From Myxococcales bacterium (GTDB taxonomy: Bacteria; Myxococcota_A; UBA9042), in NCBI GenBank assembly GCA_037441385.1, contig JBBISH010000008.1:31040-95039 (forward strand): a DNA stretch of 64,000 bases. The letters are read 5' to 3'. A program made the position numbers and the translations under genes. Below are positions 38,962 to 48,646 of the stretch, piece by piece. The notes under the pieces were generated by a model. It had not been told where the DNA came from. It made no database searches and was given only the letters and a program-made list of their open reading frames with translations. Numbering within the stretch: position 1 is the first letter of the stretch; each line of letters begins with the position of its first letter.

Positions 38962-40539
38962 CTACTCGGCGGGCATAGCGCCTGGGGGCATCCCCATGGG
39001 CATGCCCGGCGGCAATCCGGCCGGAGCACCGGCGGGCTTGGCGTCAGCTTTCTCGTCGAAATCAGCGGCTTTCTTCTTCAGGCGGCCGGCGCTCCAGCTG
39101 GCCAGCTTGAACACGTCGCCCTGGCCCGGCGCCGGGCCGGCGCGGCCGAAGGAATTGCCGTCCTTTTCTTTGCTCAGCACCACAGTCCACGGCCCGTCGG
39201 CGAATTGCAGCGTAAGCGTGACCTCGGGAGCATCGATCCCAGCCGCGCCTGGGGTCACGTCGGCGGCAAAATCGACCTTGATGCTGTCCAGATCGCCCAG
39301 GAACGACTCGATGGCCGCGCTGCTCGCCTTGGAGTTCCCCGCAAGCACCCATTTGTCGGCCTGTTTGCTGCCTTGCAGGGTGCCGTCTGGCCCGGTCAGG
39401 CTAAAGCTGTTCGCGGTCTTGCCCTTGCGCGCGCCCAACAGTGCCCGGTCGCGGATTTGGTCCAGCTTCTGCAGCACCTGATCGCGGCTGTAGCTGGCGA
39501 CTTTGTAGACCTCGTCGCGGCCCTCGATCTTGAGCCACACGTCCTTTTGTGGCGAGGCTTCGTCGACTTTTCCGAACACCAACACCGTCTTCTTGGCGCC
39601 CTCGACCAGCGTGATGCGCGCCGCCTTGGGATCGTCCAGGCCGGTATCCAGCTTCTTTCCGACCACTTCGCTGACGTCGACGAAGTCGCTGCCCGACAGG
39701 CGCTCGATACTCTTGGCCCACTCGCCGATGTCGCCCGCGCGGTAGCCCTGGGGGTCGGCGATGCTCCAACCGTCGCCCGCCTCGCGCTTTTGGCCCGCCG
39801 CCAGCGGCGCACGGCTCACCACCACATGGGCGGCACGCAGGTCCTCTGGGTTGCTGGCCTCGATGCGCTCCAGGGCCGCCAGGTCCAAGGTCAGCAGAGC
39901 GCGGTCGCGCAGGTCGCTCCAAGCGACCTCAAAGGGCGTGCGCAGGTCGCGGCCGACCACCTGGTACACCACCTCAACCTTGCTGGGGTCTTGCACCCAG
40001 GTCGACGCGTCCGTGCCGTCCTGCGGCTTGTCGATGTTGCCGACCCGTAGCTTGAAGGTGCCCTTGGCGCCCGTGGCCTCGATGTCGATGGCGTGCTCGG
40101 CGTCCAGGCCGTAGTCGGCCAAGTCCGCGGCCTTGACCTCTTTGGCAAAGGTGGAATGGATCGACCGGCCAAAGACCTCGGCCATCGCATTGGCCCGGTA
40201 GGGTTGGCCCTTGGCCTCACTGGTCTTGCCGCCCTTCTGGCGCGCCACGGTCCACTTGGCCTCGACCGGCTTGGTCGCGTCGGGCGTGACGTCTTTGGGC
40301 AGGTCTTGGGCCACTTGCGTCAGGCTCCACGTCTCGCCTTTCTTCTTCAGGGTCAGCTTTTGGATGGCCGGCAGCTTGTCTTTCTGGCTGGTGCGGAAGT
40401 CCTGTTCGGACACGTTGCCGGCGTAGCCCTCGATAGCGAGCGGGGCCGGACCTTGGGGCGCCGACTTCATGCCCTTGGCCAGGTAGGCCAGCAGCAGCGC
40501 GGCAAAGATGCCCAAGACGACGAGCGTGGACCGCTTCAT
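38962..40539 (-). CDS. DUF4340-like membrane-anchored protein
   Basis: N-terminal TM, repeated (Y/T/A)G(L/I)DxP units and LRDR/IRDR motifs; usual position after gldG. Confidence 0.75.
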   Translation of the reverse strand: MKRSTLVVLGIFAALLLAYLAKGMKSAPQGPAPLAIEGYAGNVSEQDFRTSQKDKLPAIQKLTLKKKGETWSLTQVAQDLPKDVTPDATKPVEAKWTVARQKGGKTSEAKGQPYRANAMAEVFGRSIHSTFAKEVKAADLADYGLDAEHAIDIEATGAKGTFKLRVGNIDKPQDGTDASTWVQDPSKVEVVYQVVGRDLRTPFEVAWSDLRDRALLTLDLAALERIEASNPEDLRAAHVVVSRAPLAAGQKREAGDGWSIADPQGYRAGDIGEWAKSIERLSGSDFVDVSEVVGKKLDTGLDDPKAARITLVEGAKKTVLVFGKVDEASPQKDVWLKIEGRDEVYKVASYSRDQVLQKLDQIRDRALLGARKGKTANSFSLTGPDGTLQGSKQADKWVLAGNSKASSAAIESFLGDLDSIKVDFAADVTPGAAGIDAPEVTLTLQFADGPWTVVLSKEKDGNSFGRAGPAPGQGDVFKLASWSAGRLKKKAADFDEKADAKPAGAPAGLPPGMPMGMPPGAMPAE

Positions 40540-40569
40540 GCGAACCTCGATGCAGAGATGGGGTGGGAG

Positions 40570-43053
40570 TTAGACCTTGAGCGCCCGGTTGCGGGCCCGC
40601 CGCATGCGCCAGCGCAGCAGGCCCGCGCCGATCAACAGCAGCGGGCCGCCCAGCAGCGTGCCCAGACGCAAGCGCTTGGCCTGCTCGTCGTCGACTTGCT
40701 GCATGGGCCGGCGGGTGTCGCCCTTGCTGCGGATCTCGACGAGCGCTTCGTGCGCGGTGGCCCAGTCCATGACGTTGCTCAAGAACTGCAGGTTGCCGCC
40801 CAGTAGGTGCGAGACCTGGCCGATGCGGATCTGCCAGTTTTGGAAGTTGGCGTTCCAGGTCTGGTAGTCCTTGATGATCTCGGCCGAGAACTGCGCCATC
40901 TTGCTCAGCTCGAAGCCCTTGAGGATCTGGTTGCGATCTAGCCCCTCGATGCCCAGGTTCGACGCAACGACCAGCAGCTTGCCCGTGCCTTCGGCTTTGA
41001 AAGCGCGCTTGGCCAGCTCTTGGTCATTCTCGCTCGGCTTCTCTTTGGGGTGCATCGGGTCATCCGGGGTCTTCTTGTCGGGGCGCTTGGGCGGCTCTTT
41101 GCCCGCGAACGCCGACTTGAACGGCCCGCGCACGTACAGCGCCAGGGTCAGCGGCCCGGTGGGCTTGGACTGCAGGGCCACGTCTTTGACGGCCGGCGGC
41201 AGCACCGGCAGCGGCGCGGCCTTGCTCAGCGATGACTCGGAACTCTGGATGATCTTGGCGATCTCGTAACGTTTGTCTTGAGCGATCTGGGCCGAGGGTT
41301 CGACGCTGGTGGCGTAGGGCAGGGCCAAATTGTCCAGCGACTTGCTGAGCGGGTGGCTCTGATCGAAGTGGGTGGCCACCGGGATCAGCGCGTAGGGGAA
41401 GTCCTGCTGCGTCTGGAACTGCAGGCCGCCGCGCTGCACTAGCTTCATCACGCGCACCGTCTGCACGTGCTTGCTGTCCAAGGTCAGATCGCGCTTCAGA
41501 TCCACGCCGTAGTTTTTCAGCACTTCTTGCAGGTTGCTGCCCGTGGCGTTCAGCGCCGTGTAGTCCATCTTGATGTCGTTGCCCAGGTCGTCCGGCGGGG
41601 CCATGTTCATCAGTGCCACGTCCCACTCTTGCGCCAGCATCACCACGGGCCGGCCCGACAGCAGGAACTGGTCCAGCTGGTAGCGCGTGTACTCGCTCAG
41701 CGGCGTGCGCGGGGCGTACACGATCAGCGCCGACACCTCGGACGGGATCGGCGTATCGGCGTCGACGCGGCGGATCGAATAGCCGCGCTTGGTGAACAGG
41801 TTGTCGCCGATGCGGCCATTGGTTTCGTCGATGCCCTGGGCGATCTGGGTGGCGGCCTGGACGATCTGCTTCATCATCGGGTTGTTCTGCGCCACCATCA
41901 TCGCCATCTGCTCTTGGACAAACGGCTCGGACTCGGCAAAGGGGCAAAACTCGCCGTTGCCGCAGAGGAAGCCCACCAGCTTGCGGCCGGGGCTGTCGCT
42001 CAGGTTGGTGTGGTTGCGGTCGACCTCTTTGGTCAGGTCGCCGAGCATGCCCATCGCTTGGCCCAGGACCGCGCCCAGCTGCTTGGGCTTATCCTTGAAC
42101 TGCTCGGCCTTGCCGCTCAGCACGTCGTTCAGCTCGCCGATGACCTGATCGAACTGGCCGGCCGAGTCGAGCAGTTGGTCGCCAAATTGGCTTTTGCCCT
42201 TGAGCGCGGTGGCGGCGGCGATCTTCTGCTTGATCTCGCCACAGGTCTTGGCGATCTCGTCCTTGGCCGCGGTGAGCGCGGTGACGCGCTTCTGGGTCGG
42301 ATCGGCACCGGCGTTCAGCGACAGGCCGGCGCCGTCGTCTTTGGCGCCCTCGTCGACCTTGCCCTTCTTCTGGATCAAGTCGTTGCAGGCCTTGACCGCC
42401 TCGAACACGGCCTTGCCCTGGGCCAGCGGCTCCTTTTGGATCTGCGCGGCGTCGTACTTCTCCTTCAAGCGGAGCAGGATCTTGGTGATCTCGAACTCGT
42501 AGTAGCCGGGCTGCAGCGCCTTGGCAAAGACCTCGTGCACCGTCTTGTAGTGGAAAGTGGCGCCCATGACGTAGCGAGCGAATTTCAACTCTTCGCCAGC
42601 CAGCTGCGCCTCGTTGGACGAAAAAGTCTCGAGCTTGGCCGCCTCGGCCTGCTCTTCGATGGTGCCCACGCCCGGGCTGCCGTTGTCGGCGTAGACCAGC
42701 TTGACCTTGCCGCCCGAGGCCGCCACGTACTCTTCCAGCTTGTCGCGGAAGGCGCGCTCGATGCCCTTGAGCGGCATCTTGTCACCGTTGGGCAGCGGAA
42801 TGGTTTCGGGCAGTTTCTTGCTGATGTAGGCGGTGATGACCACGCCATCCAGGTCCTGGGTGGCCTTCTTGCTGGCGTCGCTCAGGGTATGGATCTGTTG
42901 GCCGGTCAAGTCGATCCGCAGGCTGGTCTGGGTCAGCAGGGCGTTGAGCAGCACCGCTACGCCCAACACGGCCAGGAGCATCACCCAGGCGTCGGTGCGG
43001 CTGCTGCCTTTCTTGGTCGCGGCTTTCGTCGTGTCGTTCATCTTGGAACCCAT
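40570..43053 (-). CDS. GldG-family ABC accessory protein with large insertions
   Basis: TM, RIDLT..HTLS, YEFEIT, GFLCGNGE, LDQFLLSG, NLQFLSNVMDW, IRSK, C-terminal TM. Confidence 0.8.
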   Translation of the reverse strand: MGSKMNDTTKAATKKGSSRTDAWVMLLAVLGVAVLLNALLTQTSLRIDLTGQQIHTLSDASKKATQDLDGVVITAYISKKLPETIPLPNGDKMPLKGIERAFRDKLEEYVAASGGKVKLVYADNGSPGVGTIEEQAEAAKLETFSSNEAQLAGEELKFARYVMGATFHYKTVHEVFAKALQPGYYEFEITKILLRLKEKYDAAQIQKEPLAQGKAVFEAVKACNDLIQKKGKVDEGAKDDGAGLSLNAGADPTQKRVTALTAAKDEIAKTCGEIKQKIAAATALKGKSQFGDQLLDSAGQFDQVIGELNDVLSGKAEQFKDKPKQLGAVLGQAMGMLGDLTKEVDRNHTNLSDSPGRKLVGFLCGNGEFCPFAESEPFVQEQMAMMVAQNNPMMKQIVQAATQIAQGIDETNGRIGDNLFTKRGYSIRRVDADTPIPSEVSALIVYAPRTPLSEYTRYQLDQFLLSGRPVVMLAQEWDVALMNMAPPDDLGNDIKMDYTALNATGSNLQEVLKNYGVDLKRDLTLDSKHVQTVRVMKLVQRGGLQFQTQQDFPYALIPVATHFDQSHPLSKSLDNLALPYATSVEPSAQIAQDKRYEIAKIIQSSESSLSKAAPLPVLPPAVKDVALQSKPTGPLTLALYVRGPFKSAFAGKEPPKRPDKKTPDDPMHPKEKPSENDQELAKRAFKAEGTGKLLVVASNLGIEGLDRNQILKGFELSKMAQFSAEIIKDYQTWNANFQNWQIRIGQVSHLLGGNLQFLSNVMDWATAHEALVEIRSKGDTRRPMQQVDDEQAKRLRLGTLLGGPLLLIGAGLLRWRMRRARNRALKV

Positions 43054-43108
43054 TCGGTCGAGCTAGTTGATTGCGTTGGCAGCGGCGCGAGCGGTTCAGC
43101 TCGGCGCG

Positions 43109-43840
43109 CTATTTCCAGTGCCGCGACTGCAGCGAGTAGGTGGAGGCCACCACGGCTACCGCAGAAACACTCAGGAAGTACACAACGTTGCGAATGTCGA
43201 TCACGCCTTTGGCAAAGGCATCGAACTGCGTGCGGAAGCTCAGCAGCTCCAACGCCACCGGCGGGCGGTCAAAGGCGAGCTTGAGCAGGGCATCGGTGGC
43301 GGTCCAGAAGAACACGCACAGCAGCAGCCCGATGATGAACGCCACGATCTGGTTGTGCGTCCATGTCGAGGTCAGCAGCCCCAGCGCCAGAAACGCCGTG
43401 CCGATCAGCAGCAGCCCAACGTAACCGCCGATGACGGCACCCAGATCCGGGTTGCCCACGCTGGCGATCATCAGCGGGAAGATGGCCGTCACGGCCAAGG
43501 TCACCGCCAAGAAGCCAAAGGCGCCCAGCAGCTTGCCCAGCACGATCTGCAGGTCGCTCACCGGCAGTGTCACCAGCAGCTCCAGGGTGCCCGACTTCTT
43601 TTCTTCGGCCACCAGGCGCATGGTCACGGCCGGCAGGATGATCGCCAGCGTCCACGGCGCGTATTCGAACAGCGGCCGCAAGGTGGCCTCGCGCGCGGCA
43701 AAGAAGTCGGCGCTGCCGTCGTAGCCAAAGAAGAACAGCAGCCCGGTCACGACCAGGAACACGCTGCCCGCGATGTAGGCGATCGGCGAATCGAAAGTGG
43801 CGGCCATCTCGCGGCGCGCCAGGGTCAGCACAGCATTCAT
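43109..43840 (-). CDS. ABC transporter permease, GldF-like
   Basis: FDSPIAY, PAVTMRLVAEEKKSGTLELL, NQIVAF. Confidence 0.9.
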   Translation of the reverse strand: MNAVLTLARREMAATFDSPIAYIAGSVFLVVTGLLFFFGYDGSADFFAAREATLRPLFEYAPWTLAIILPAVTMRLVAEEKKSGTLELLVTLPVSDLQIVLGKLLGAFGFLAVTLAVTAIFPLMIASVGNPDLGAVIGGYVGLLLIGTAFLALGLLTSTWTHNQIVAFIIGLLLCVFFWTATDALLKLAFDRPPVALELLSFRTQFDAFAKGVIDIRNVVYFLSVSAVAVVASTYSLQSRHWK

Positions 43841-43873
43841 TGCAAGCCCTGTGGGAGGAAGCAGTTGACGGAG

Positions 43874-44869
43874 TTAGGCCTGGGCGTCTTGGGTCAGGGT
43901 CTGGAAGATGCCTTCCAGATCCATGGACTTGCGCCGCAGTTCCAGCACGACATGGCCCTGTTTGGCCGCCCACGCGGCCACTTGTGCGCGCAGATCGTCC
44001 TGGGCCTCGACCTCGAAAATCGTGTGCGCCACCGGCGTTTGCGCCTCGTGGCTGACGAGCGCCTTGGTCACGCCAGCAAGGCTCTGCAGCTGCGCAGCGG
44101 CGTCGGTTTTGCTCGTGCCGTTGGCCAGTTGCAGACCCACTACGATCGGGTGGCTGCTGGCCAAGCGCCCTTCCAGCTCGTCCAGTGTGCCATCGGCGAC
44201 CACTTTGCCGCGGTGGATGATCACCACGCGATCGCAGACTTGCCGCACCTCCGCCAGGTTGTGGCTCGACAAGATGATGGTGTGCGACTTGCCCAGCTCG
44301 CGGATGAGGTTGCGGATCTCGATGATCTGGTTGGGGTCCAGGCCCGAGGTCGGCTCGTCCAGGATCAGCACCTTGGGGTTGTGCAGCAAGGCTTGCGCCA
44401 GGCCGACGCGCTGGCGGTAACCCTTGGACAACTGGCTGATCTGGAAGCCGACGTACTCCTGCAGGCCCACCATGCGGATCGCCTCGGCCACGCGCTTGTC
44501 CAGCTCGGCCTTGGGGTAATTGCGCATGGCGCCGACGTAGCGCAGGTAGTCCCAGACCACCATGTCGGCATAGAGCGGGGTCGACTCGGGCAGATAGCCC
44601 AAGATCTCGCGAACCTTGATCGGATCGACCTGTGCGTCGTGGCCATCCACCGTCACCGCGCCCGAGGTCGCCGTCAAGAAGGTGGTCAGGATCTTCATGG
44701 TCGTGGACTTGCCGGCGCCGTTGGGGCCAAGCAAGCCCATGATCTCGCCGGCGTGTACGTCGAAGCTGACGCCCGCCAGCGCGGTCTTGGTGTCGTACTG
44801 CTTGACCAGGTCGCGCACGGCGATCACGGTCGCGGCACCCTGGGTCTGGGGGGAAGAACTCTGGGTCAT
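43874..44869 (-). CDS. ABC transporter ATP-binding protein, GldA-like
   Basis: GPNGAGKS, LSKGYRQR, LILDEPT, SSH. Confidence 0.92.
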   Translation of the reverse strand: MTQSSSPQTQGAATVIAVRDLVKQYDTKTALAGVSFDVHAGEIMGLLGPNGAGKSTTMKILTTFLTATSGAVTVDGHDAQVDPIKVREILGYLPESTPLYADMVVWDYLRYVGAMRNYPKAELDKRVAEAIRMVGLQEYVGFQISQLSKGYRQRVGLAQALLHNPKVLILDEPTSGLDPNQIIEIRNLIRELGKSHTIILSSHNLAEVRQVCDRVVIIHRGKVVADGTLDELEGRLASSHPIVVGLQLANGTSKTDAAAQLQSLAGVTKALVSHEAQTPVAHTIFEVEAQDDLRAQVAAWAAKQGHVVLELRRKSMDLEGIFQTLTQDAQA

Positions 44870-45067
44870 AGTTGGCAAACTCCCGAAGACGTGCGGCGAA
44901 ACGGCCAACCTCGCGGCCGGCCGCGGCTGTGAGTGCAGGTCGAACTTGGGTTCGACGGGTACCCTCTGCGTTCACCCAAAACGGTCAACCAAGCTGTCAA
45001 ATTCGCGCGATCCAGTCGTGCCCCAGCGGGTCGGCGGACCTTTCGCGCGCGGCGCGGGAACGATAGG

Positions 45068-45826
45068 ATGCGCGAGCCGCCTGTCAAGGCGACCTGGCCT
45101 GCAACCGCGCGCGGGGTGATTTTGTTCCCTTGCTGGCACCCATGGGCACGAGCGCTGCTGCTGGCGGCGATGGTTGCAGTGGCTCGGCCAGGCCAGGCGG
45201 AGCCGGCGCCCTGGTCGTGGGACCTGGCGATTCGTCTGCAGCCGCTGCGGCCCGCGGTCGAGCGCCTTGACGCGTTGGCGGCACCGCTGCGGCCCTTGGC
45301 GAAGGCGTATCAGAAGCAACAGTACGCCAAGGTTTGCCAGTCCAGCCGTGATCGCTGGCGGTCGATGATGGCGCGCGCCGCCAAGCTGTTTTATGCGCCG
45401 GACCGCCTGGCTCCCGATGTCGAAGCCATCGAGCGCTTCATGAACGAGATGGTGCTGGGTCCGCGGCCGCAACTGGCCTTGGGCGCCGAGCGCTTTGTCG
45501 CCGTCGCGACCTGGAAGGCGCTGGCCATCGATGCCTGCATGCGCGCCCACCGCGGCGGCGATGCGCTGCTGTTCGCGGGTGGCGAGCCCTTGGGGCCGAG
45601 CATGGACGCCGCCCTGGCGGTGGCGCTGGCGGCGCGATCCGAGTCGTGGGCGGCGGCGGACCTGCCGGCGCACGGTGACACGCTGCGGGTAGTGCTGCTG
45701 CGGGCGCTGAAGGCCCCGGATCAAGCGGCCACGTGGCTGAAACAGGCGCAGGCGCTGGCCCGGCTGGCCGAGGACCGTGAACTGGTGGCGGCGGTGGCCA
45801 ATCATTTGGGTCGGGGCGCGCCGTGA
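45068..45826 (+). CDS. Hypothetical exported helical protein
   Basis: Signal-like segment ALLLAAMVAVARPGQA; stop overlaps the next start. Start uncertain. Confidence 0.5.
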   Translation: MREPPVKATWPATARGVILFPCWHPWARALLLAAMVAVARPGQAEPAPWSWDLAIRLQPLRPAVERLDALAAPLRPLAKAYQKQQYAKVCQSSRDRWRSMMARAAKLFYAPDRLAPDVEAIERFMNEMVLGPRPQLALGAERFVAVATWKALAIDACMRAHRGGDALLFAGGEPLGPSMDAALAVALAARSESWAAADLPAHGDTLRVVLLRALKAPDQAATWLKQAQALARLAEDRELVAAVANHLGRGAP

Positions 45827-46089
45827 CGCGCCGATCGCGCCGCGCGGGCGAGCCGTTTCAGCCCGATTTGCTGCAGGGTCAGCCGATCGCGACCGTCAAT
45901 GCCGCGTTCTTGTTGGATGCCGAGCGCTGGCGCTTGCAGTTTCGCTGCGAGGACTGCGCCAACCGCCGGGCCGACGGCGGCTGCCTGTACGAATGGCCGA
46001 ATGAGGTGATGCGCACCGAGCCGTTTGCCGCGGTCGGGGCGGATGGAACCGCGCTATTTTGCAGGGCGTTTGAGCCGGACGGCAGCTGA
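45823..46089 (+). CDS. Small four-Cys protein (CX2CX8CX25C)
   Basis: FRCEDC..C..FCRAFE; GTGA overlap. Confidence 0.6.
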   Translation: MTRRSRRAGEPFQPDLLQGQPIATVNAAFLLDAERWRLQFRCEDCANRRADGGCLYEWPNEVMRTEPFAAVGADGTALFCRAFEPDGS

Positions 46090-46109
46090 GTGGTGGCCGC
46101 GATGGCGGC

Positions 46110-47306
46110 TCAGCCTGCGGCAAAATCGCCGATCAGCGTGGCGAGTTGCTGCTGGTAGCGGGGGTCGGCCAGCGCGGCCAGCGGTGCCACGGCCCGGAAC
46201 CACGCGCGCATCTTGGCGATCCCTTCGGTCGTCTGCGACAGGGCTCGCGGCGTCTGGCCGCCCAGATCGGCGTGCGGCGTGTCGCCAAACTCGACCAGCG
46301 CCTCGTTGAGCCAGTCGTTGGCCAGGGCGCGCAACTCGCCGCGCGAGACCGCCGCAGGGCCATTGCCCTGCAAAAGTCCGGCAATATCGCGGTGCATCGT
46401 CATGGTCAGCACCGCGGTCGGCAACAGTTCGGCCACGGCGCGCTGCAGGTCGGCGACGCGATCGCGGTGGATGGTGCTGGCGTGAACGCGCTCGCTGTGC
46501 AGCCGCAACACGGCGCCGGCAGGTGCCAAGCCACCGCCCTTGAAGGCAAAACGCCGCGGTCCCAGCTGTTCCAGCGCGCCCTGGGCGCAAGCCGCCTGCA
46601 ACGCGACCAGGCAAGACGCTTCGCTCTCGTGCTGCAAAATCAGCGTGGTCCGCACTCCCGTGTGCGCAAGACCGCCGCTCCGCCTGGGCTTTTCGCTGCG
46701 GGCGGCCTCTGCGGCGGCACGGAGCAGGCGGCGCAGTTGACGCTCGGAAGTCTCGCCCGTCACTAGCTTTTGCGCTCGTGCCATCGCCCCTTGCGACCGA
46801 CCCGGCAACGCCGCGTGCACGGCGTCGAGCAAGTGGTGGTCGCCCAGATCGACGACGCGCGCCACCAGCACCTCGCCCGCGGGGGGCCCGTGTTCCAACA
46901 TGGGCTCGACGATCTGTGCCACACGGCCCTCGCCCAGGTGCACCAACTCGGCGGTCGCTGCCGCGCTGGTGCGCAGCAACCAAGCCGCCGGACGGGTGGC
47001 CAAGAGGGCCGTCCACACCTCGTGTTCCATCGCCGAGCGCCCGCGCATCGGCAGCCGCAGGCCCAGCGGTCCGTCGCCCAAGTCGGCGTCCCACAGTAGC
47101 CACGGGTAGAACTGCACATCCGCGTCGTCGTCGAGCAGGCGCGCTTCCAGATCGCGGATGCTGTGCAGGCGCTGCGCGAAAAACCGACTGGCCGCTGCCA
47201 ATACCTCGGGCTGCTCCAGGTTCTCTTGAGCAAATTCCACCGCCCGCGTCAGCAGACGCATGTGCACGCGGCGAAGTTGGTGGTGGCGCAGGTGGGTCAG
47301 GGTCAT
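46110..47306 (-). CDS. Hypothetical protein with a C-terminal Xre/MbcA/ParS-like motif
   Basis: DTPHADLGGQTPRAL near the C-terminus. Confidence 0.55.
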   Translation of the reverse strand: MTLTHLRHHQLRRVHMRLLTRAVEFAQENLEQPEVLAAASRFFAQRLHSIRDLEARLLDDDADVQFYPWLLWDADLGDGPLGLRLPMRGRSAMEHEVWTALLATRPAAWLLRTSAAATAELVHLGEGRVAQIVEPMLEHGPPAGEVLVARVVDLGDHHLLDAVHAALPGRSQGAMARAQKLVTGETSERQLRRLLRAAAEAARSEKPRRSGGLAHTGVRTTLILQHESEASCLVALQAACAQGALEQLGPRRFAFKGGGLAPAGAVLRLHSERVHASTIHRDRVADLQRAVAELLPTAVLTMTMHRDIAGLLQGNGPAAVSRGELRALANDWLNEALVEFGDTPHADLGGQTPRALSQTTEGIAKMRAWFRAVAPLAALADPRYQQQLATLIGDFAAG

Positions 47307-47349
47307 CGCAAGCTCGCGCAGCGGCTTATAGGCAGGCGGGCAAGGGGCG

Positions 47350-48606
47350 TCAATCGGCGGCGCGGCCGGGTGGGGGCACGTTTATCTGTGAATCGTCTTG
47401 GGAATTCTCCGCGTCAGCCGCAGCTTGCCCGGCAGGTTCGTCCTTGGCGGGCCCGTCGTCCACGCGCAACGGCTCGGCGGCAAAATCGCGGACATGCCAG
47501 GGCCGCAGACGCGTTTCTGGAGCAATCCAGCCATCCTGCGTCGGCTCGGCTGCCGGCTCGGGCGCGGCCACGGGGCGATCGCCGGCAGGGCCATCCAGCG
47601 CCGGCTCTAGCGGATCGGCCAAGAAGTTGCGGTAATGCCAAGGCCTTCTCTGTGCGGCCAGCCCTTCGGCGGCGATCGCTTCCAGGTCCAACGGCTCGTC
47701 GTCTTCGTCAAAGCGCGGCCGGTGGCGCCAGGCCTGCACCATCGAGAACAGCGCCAACAGCGACACCAGCGACCAAACCGTCGTGTCGCTGAGCAGCATC
47801 GCCCAGCTGGAAGCCGAGGCCTGCACCTGCTCGGCATAGGCGGCATAGAGCGCGTCGGGCCGGCCGCCAAAGGTCAGGGCAAAGGCACTGTCAAAGCCGA
47901 TGCCCTGGCGCAGCCGCTGCTGCAACTGGCCCACCGTGTGCTGGCCGCCCGCGCGCTGCGTGCAAAAGCGCAGGAATCCAGCTGACATCGCGTAGGCGCG
48001 CTCGACCGCGACCTGGCTGCCGGCAAAGCCCTGATTCAGCGCGTCCAAGTTGGCCAATTGCCCCAGCGGAGCCGCACCGGCCATGTCGCGCATCCGCTCC
48101 CACGTCGCCTCGCCAGCGAGCAGCGTCGCCACGCCCTCTTGGTACCAGCGCGGCAGCCACTGGCCCATGCCGCTCTGGTGCAGGCCGGCGTGGACCAGCT
48201 CGTGTTCCAACGTCTCGCGCGTCGTCAGGGCCCGGGTTCCGTTGACGGCCACGATGATGCGGTGTTGCTCCAGCAGCGCCAGACCCGCCAGCCAGCGCTC
48301 GTCCCAGCCGCGGACGCCGTGCTCTTTCATGACGTTGGCGAAGGCCTCTTCGCTGCCCACGAAGTCCAGGTCCAGGCGCCCTGCGAACGGCTGCGCCAGG
48401 TAGGCCTGCACGCTCTCGACCGCTTCGCGGCTGATCTTCTCCAGGGGAGCGCGGCGCTCGTCGTCCACGTCGTGCAGCGCGACGCGCAGCTCGAACGCTT
48501 GAGAATTTTCAGCGTTTTGTGCGGCGGCCGAGGCCTGGGTGCGCGCGGTCTGGGCCAGCGCCGGGCCCGCCATGGCGGCCAAGACCACCAGCCACACGGC
48601 GAACAT
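47350..48606 (-). CDS. Peptidase MA-family metalloprotease, membrane anchored
   Basis: Signal peptide, HELVH, PRWYQEG, AYAMS, TM near the C-terminus, acidic tail. Confidence 0.8.
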   Translation of the reverse strand: MFAVWLVVLAAMAGPALAQTARTQASAAAQNAENSQAFELRVALHDVDDERRAPLEKISREAVESVQAYLAQPFAGRLDLDFVGSEEAFANVMKEHGVRGWDERWLAGLALLEQHRIIVAVNGTRALTTRETLEHELVHAGLHQSGMGQWLPRWYQEGVATLLAGEATWERMRDMAGAAPLGQLANLDALNQGFAGSQVAVERAYAMSAGFLRFCTQRAGGQHTVGQLQQRLRQGIGFDSAFALTFGGRPDALYAAYAEQVQASASSWAMLLSDTTVWSLVSLLALFSMVQAWRHRPRFDEDDEPLDLEAIAAEGLAAQRRPWHYRNFLADPLEPALDGPAGDRPVAAPEPAAEPTQDGWIAPETRLRPWHVRDFAAEPLRVDDGPAKDEPAGQAAADAENSQDDSQINVPPPGRAAD

Positions 48607-48646
48607 CTTGCGGAGTTGGGACCAAAAGCGACGGAGACGTGCGCGG

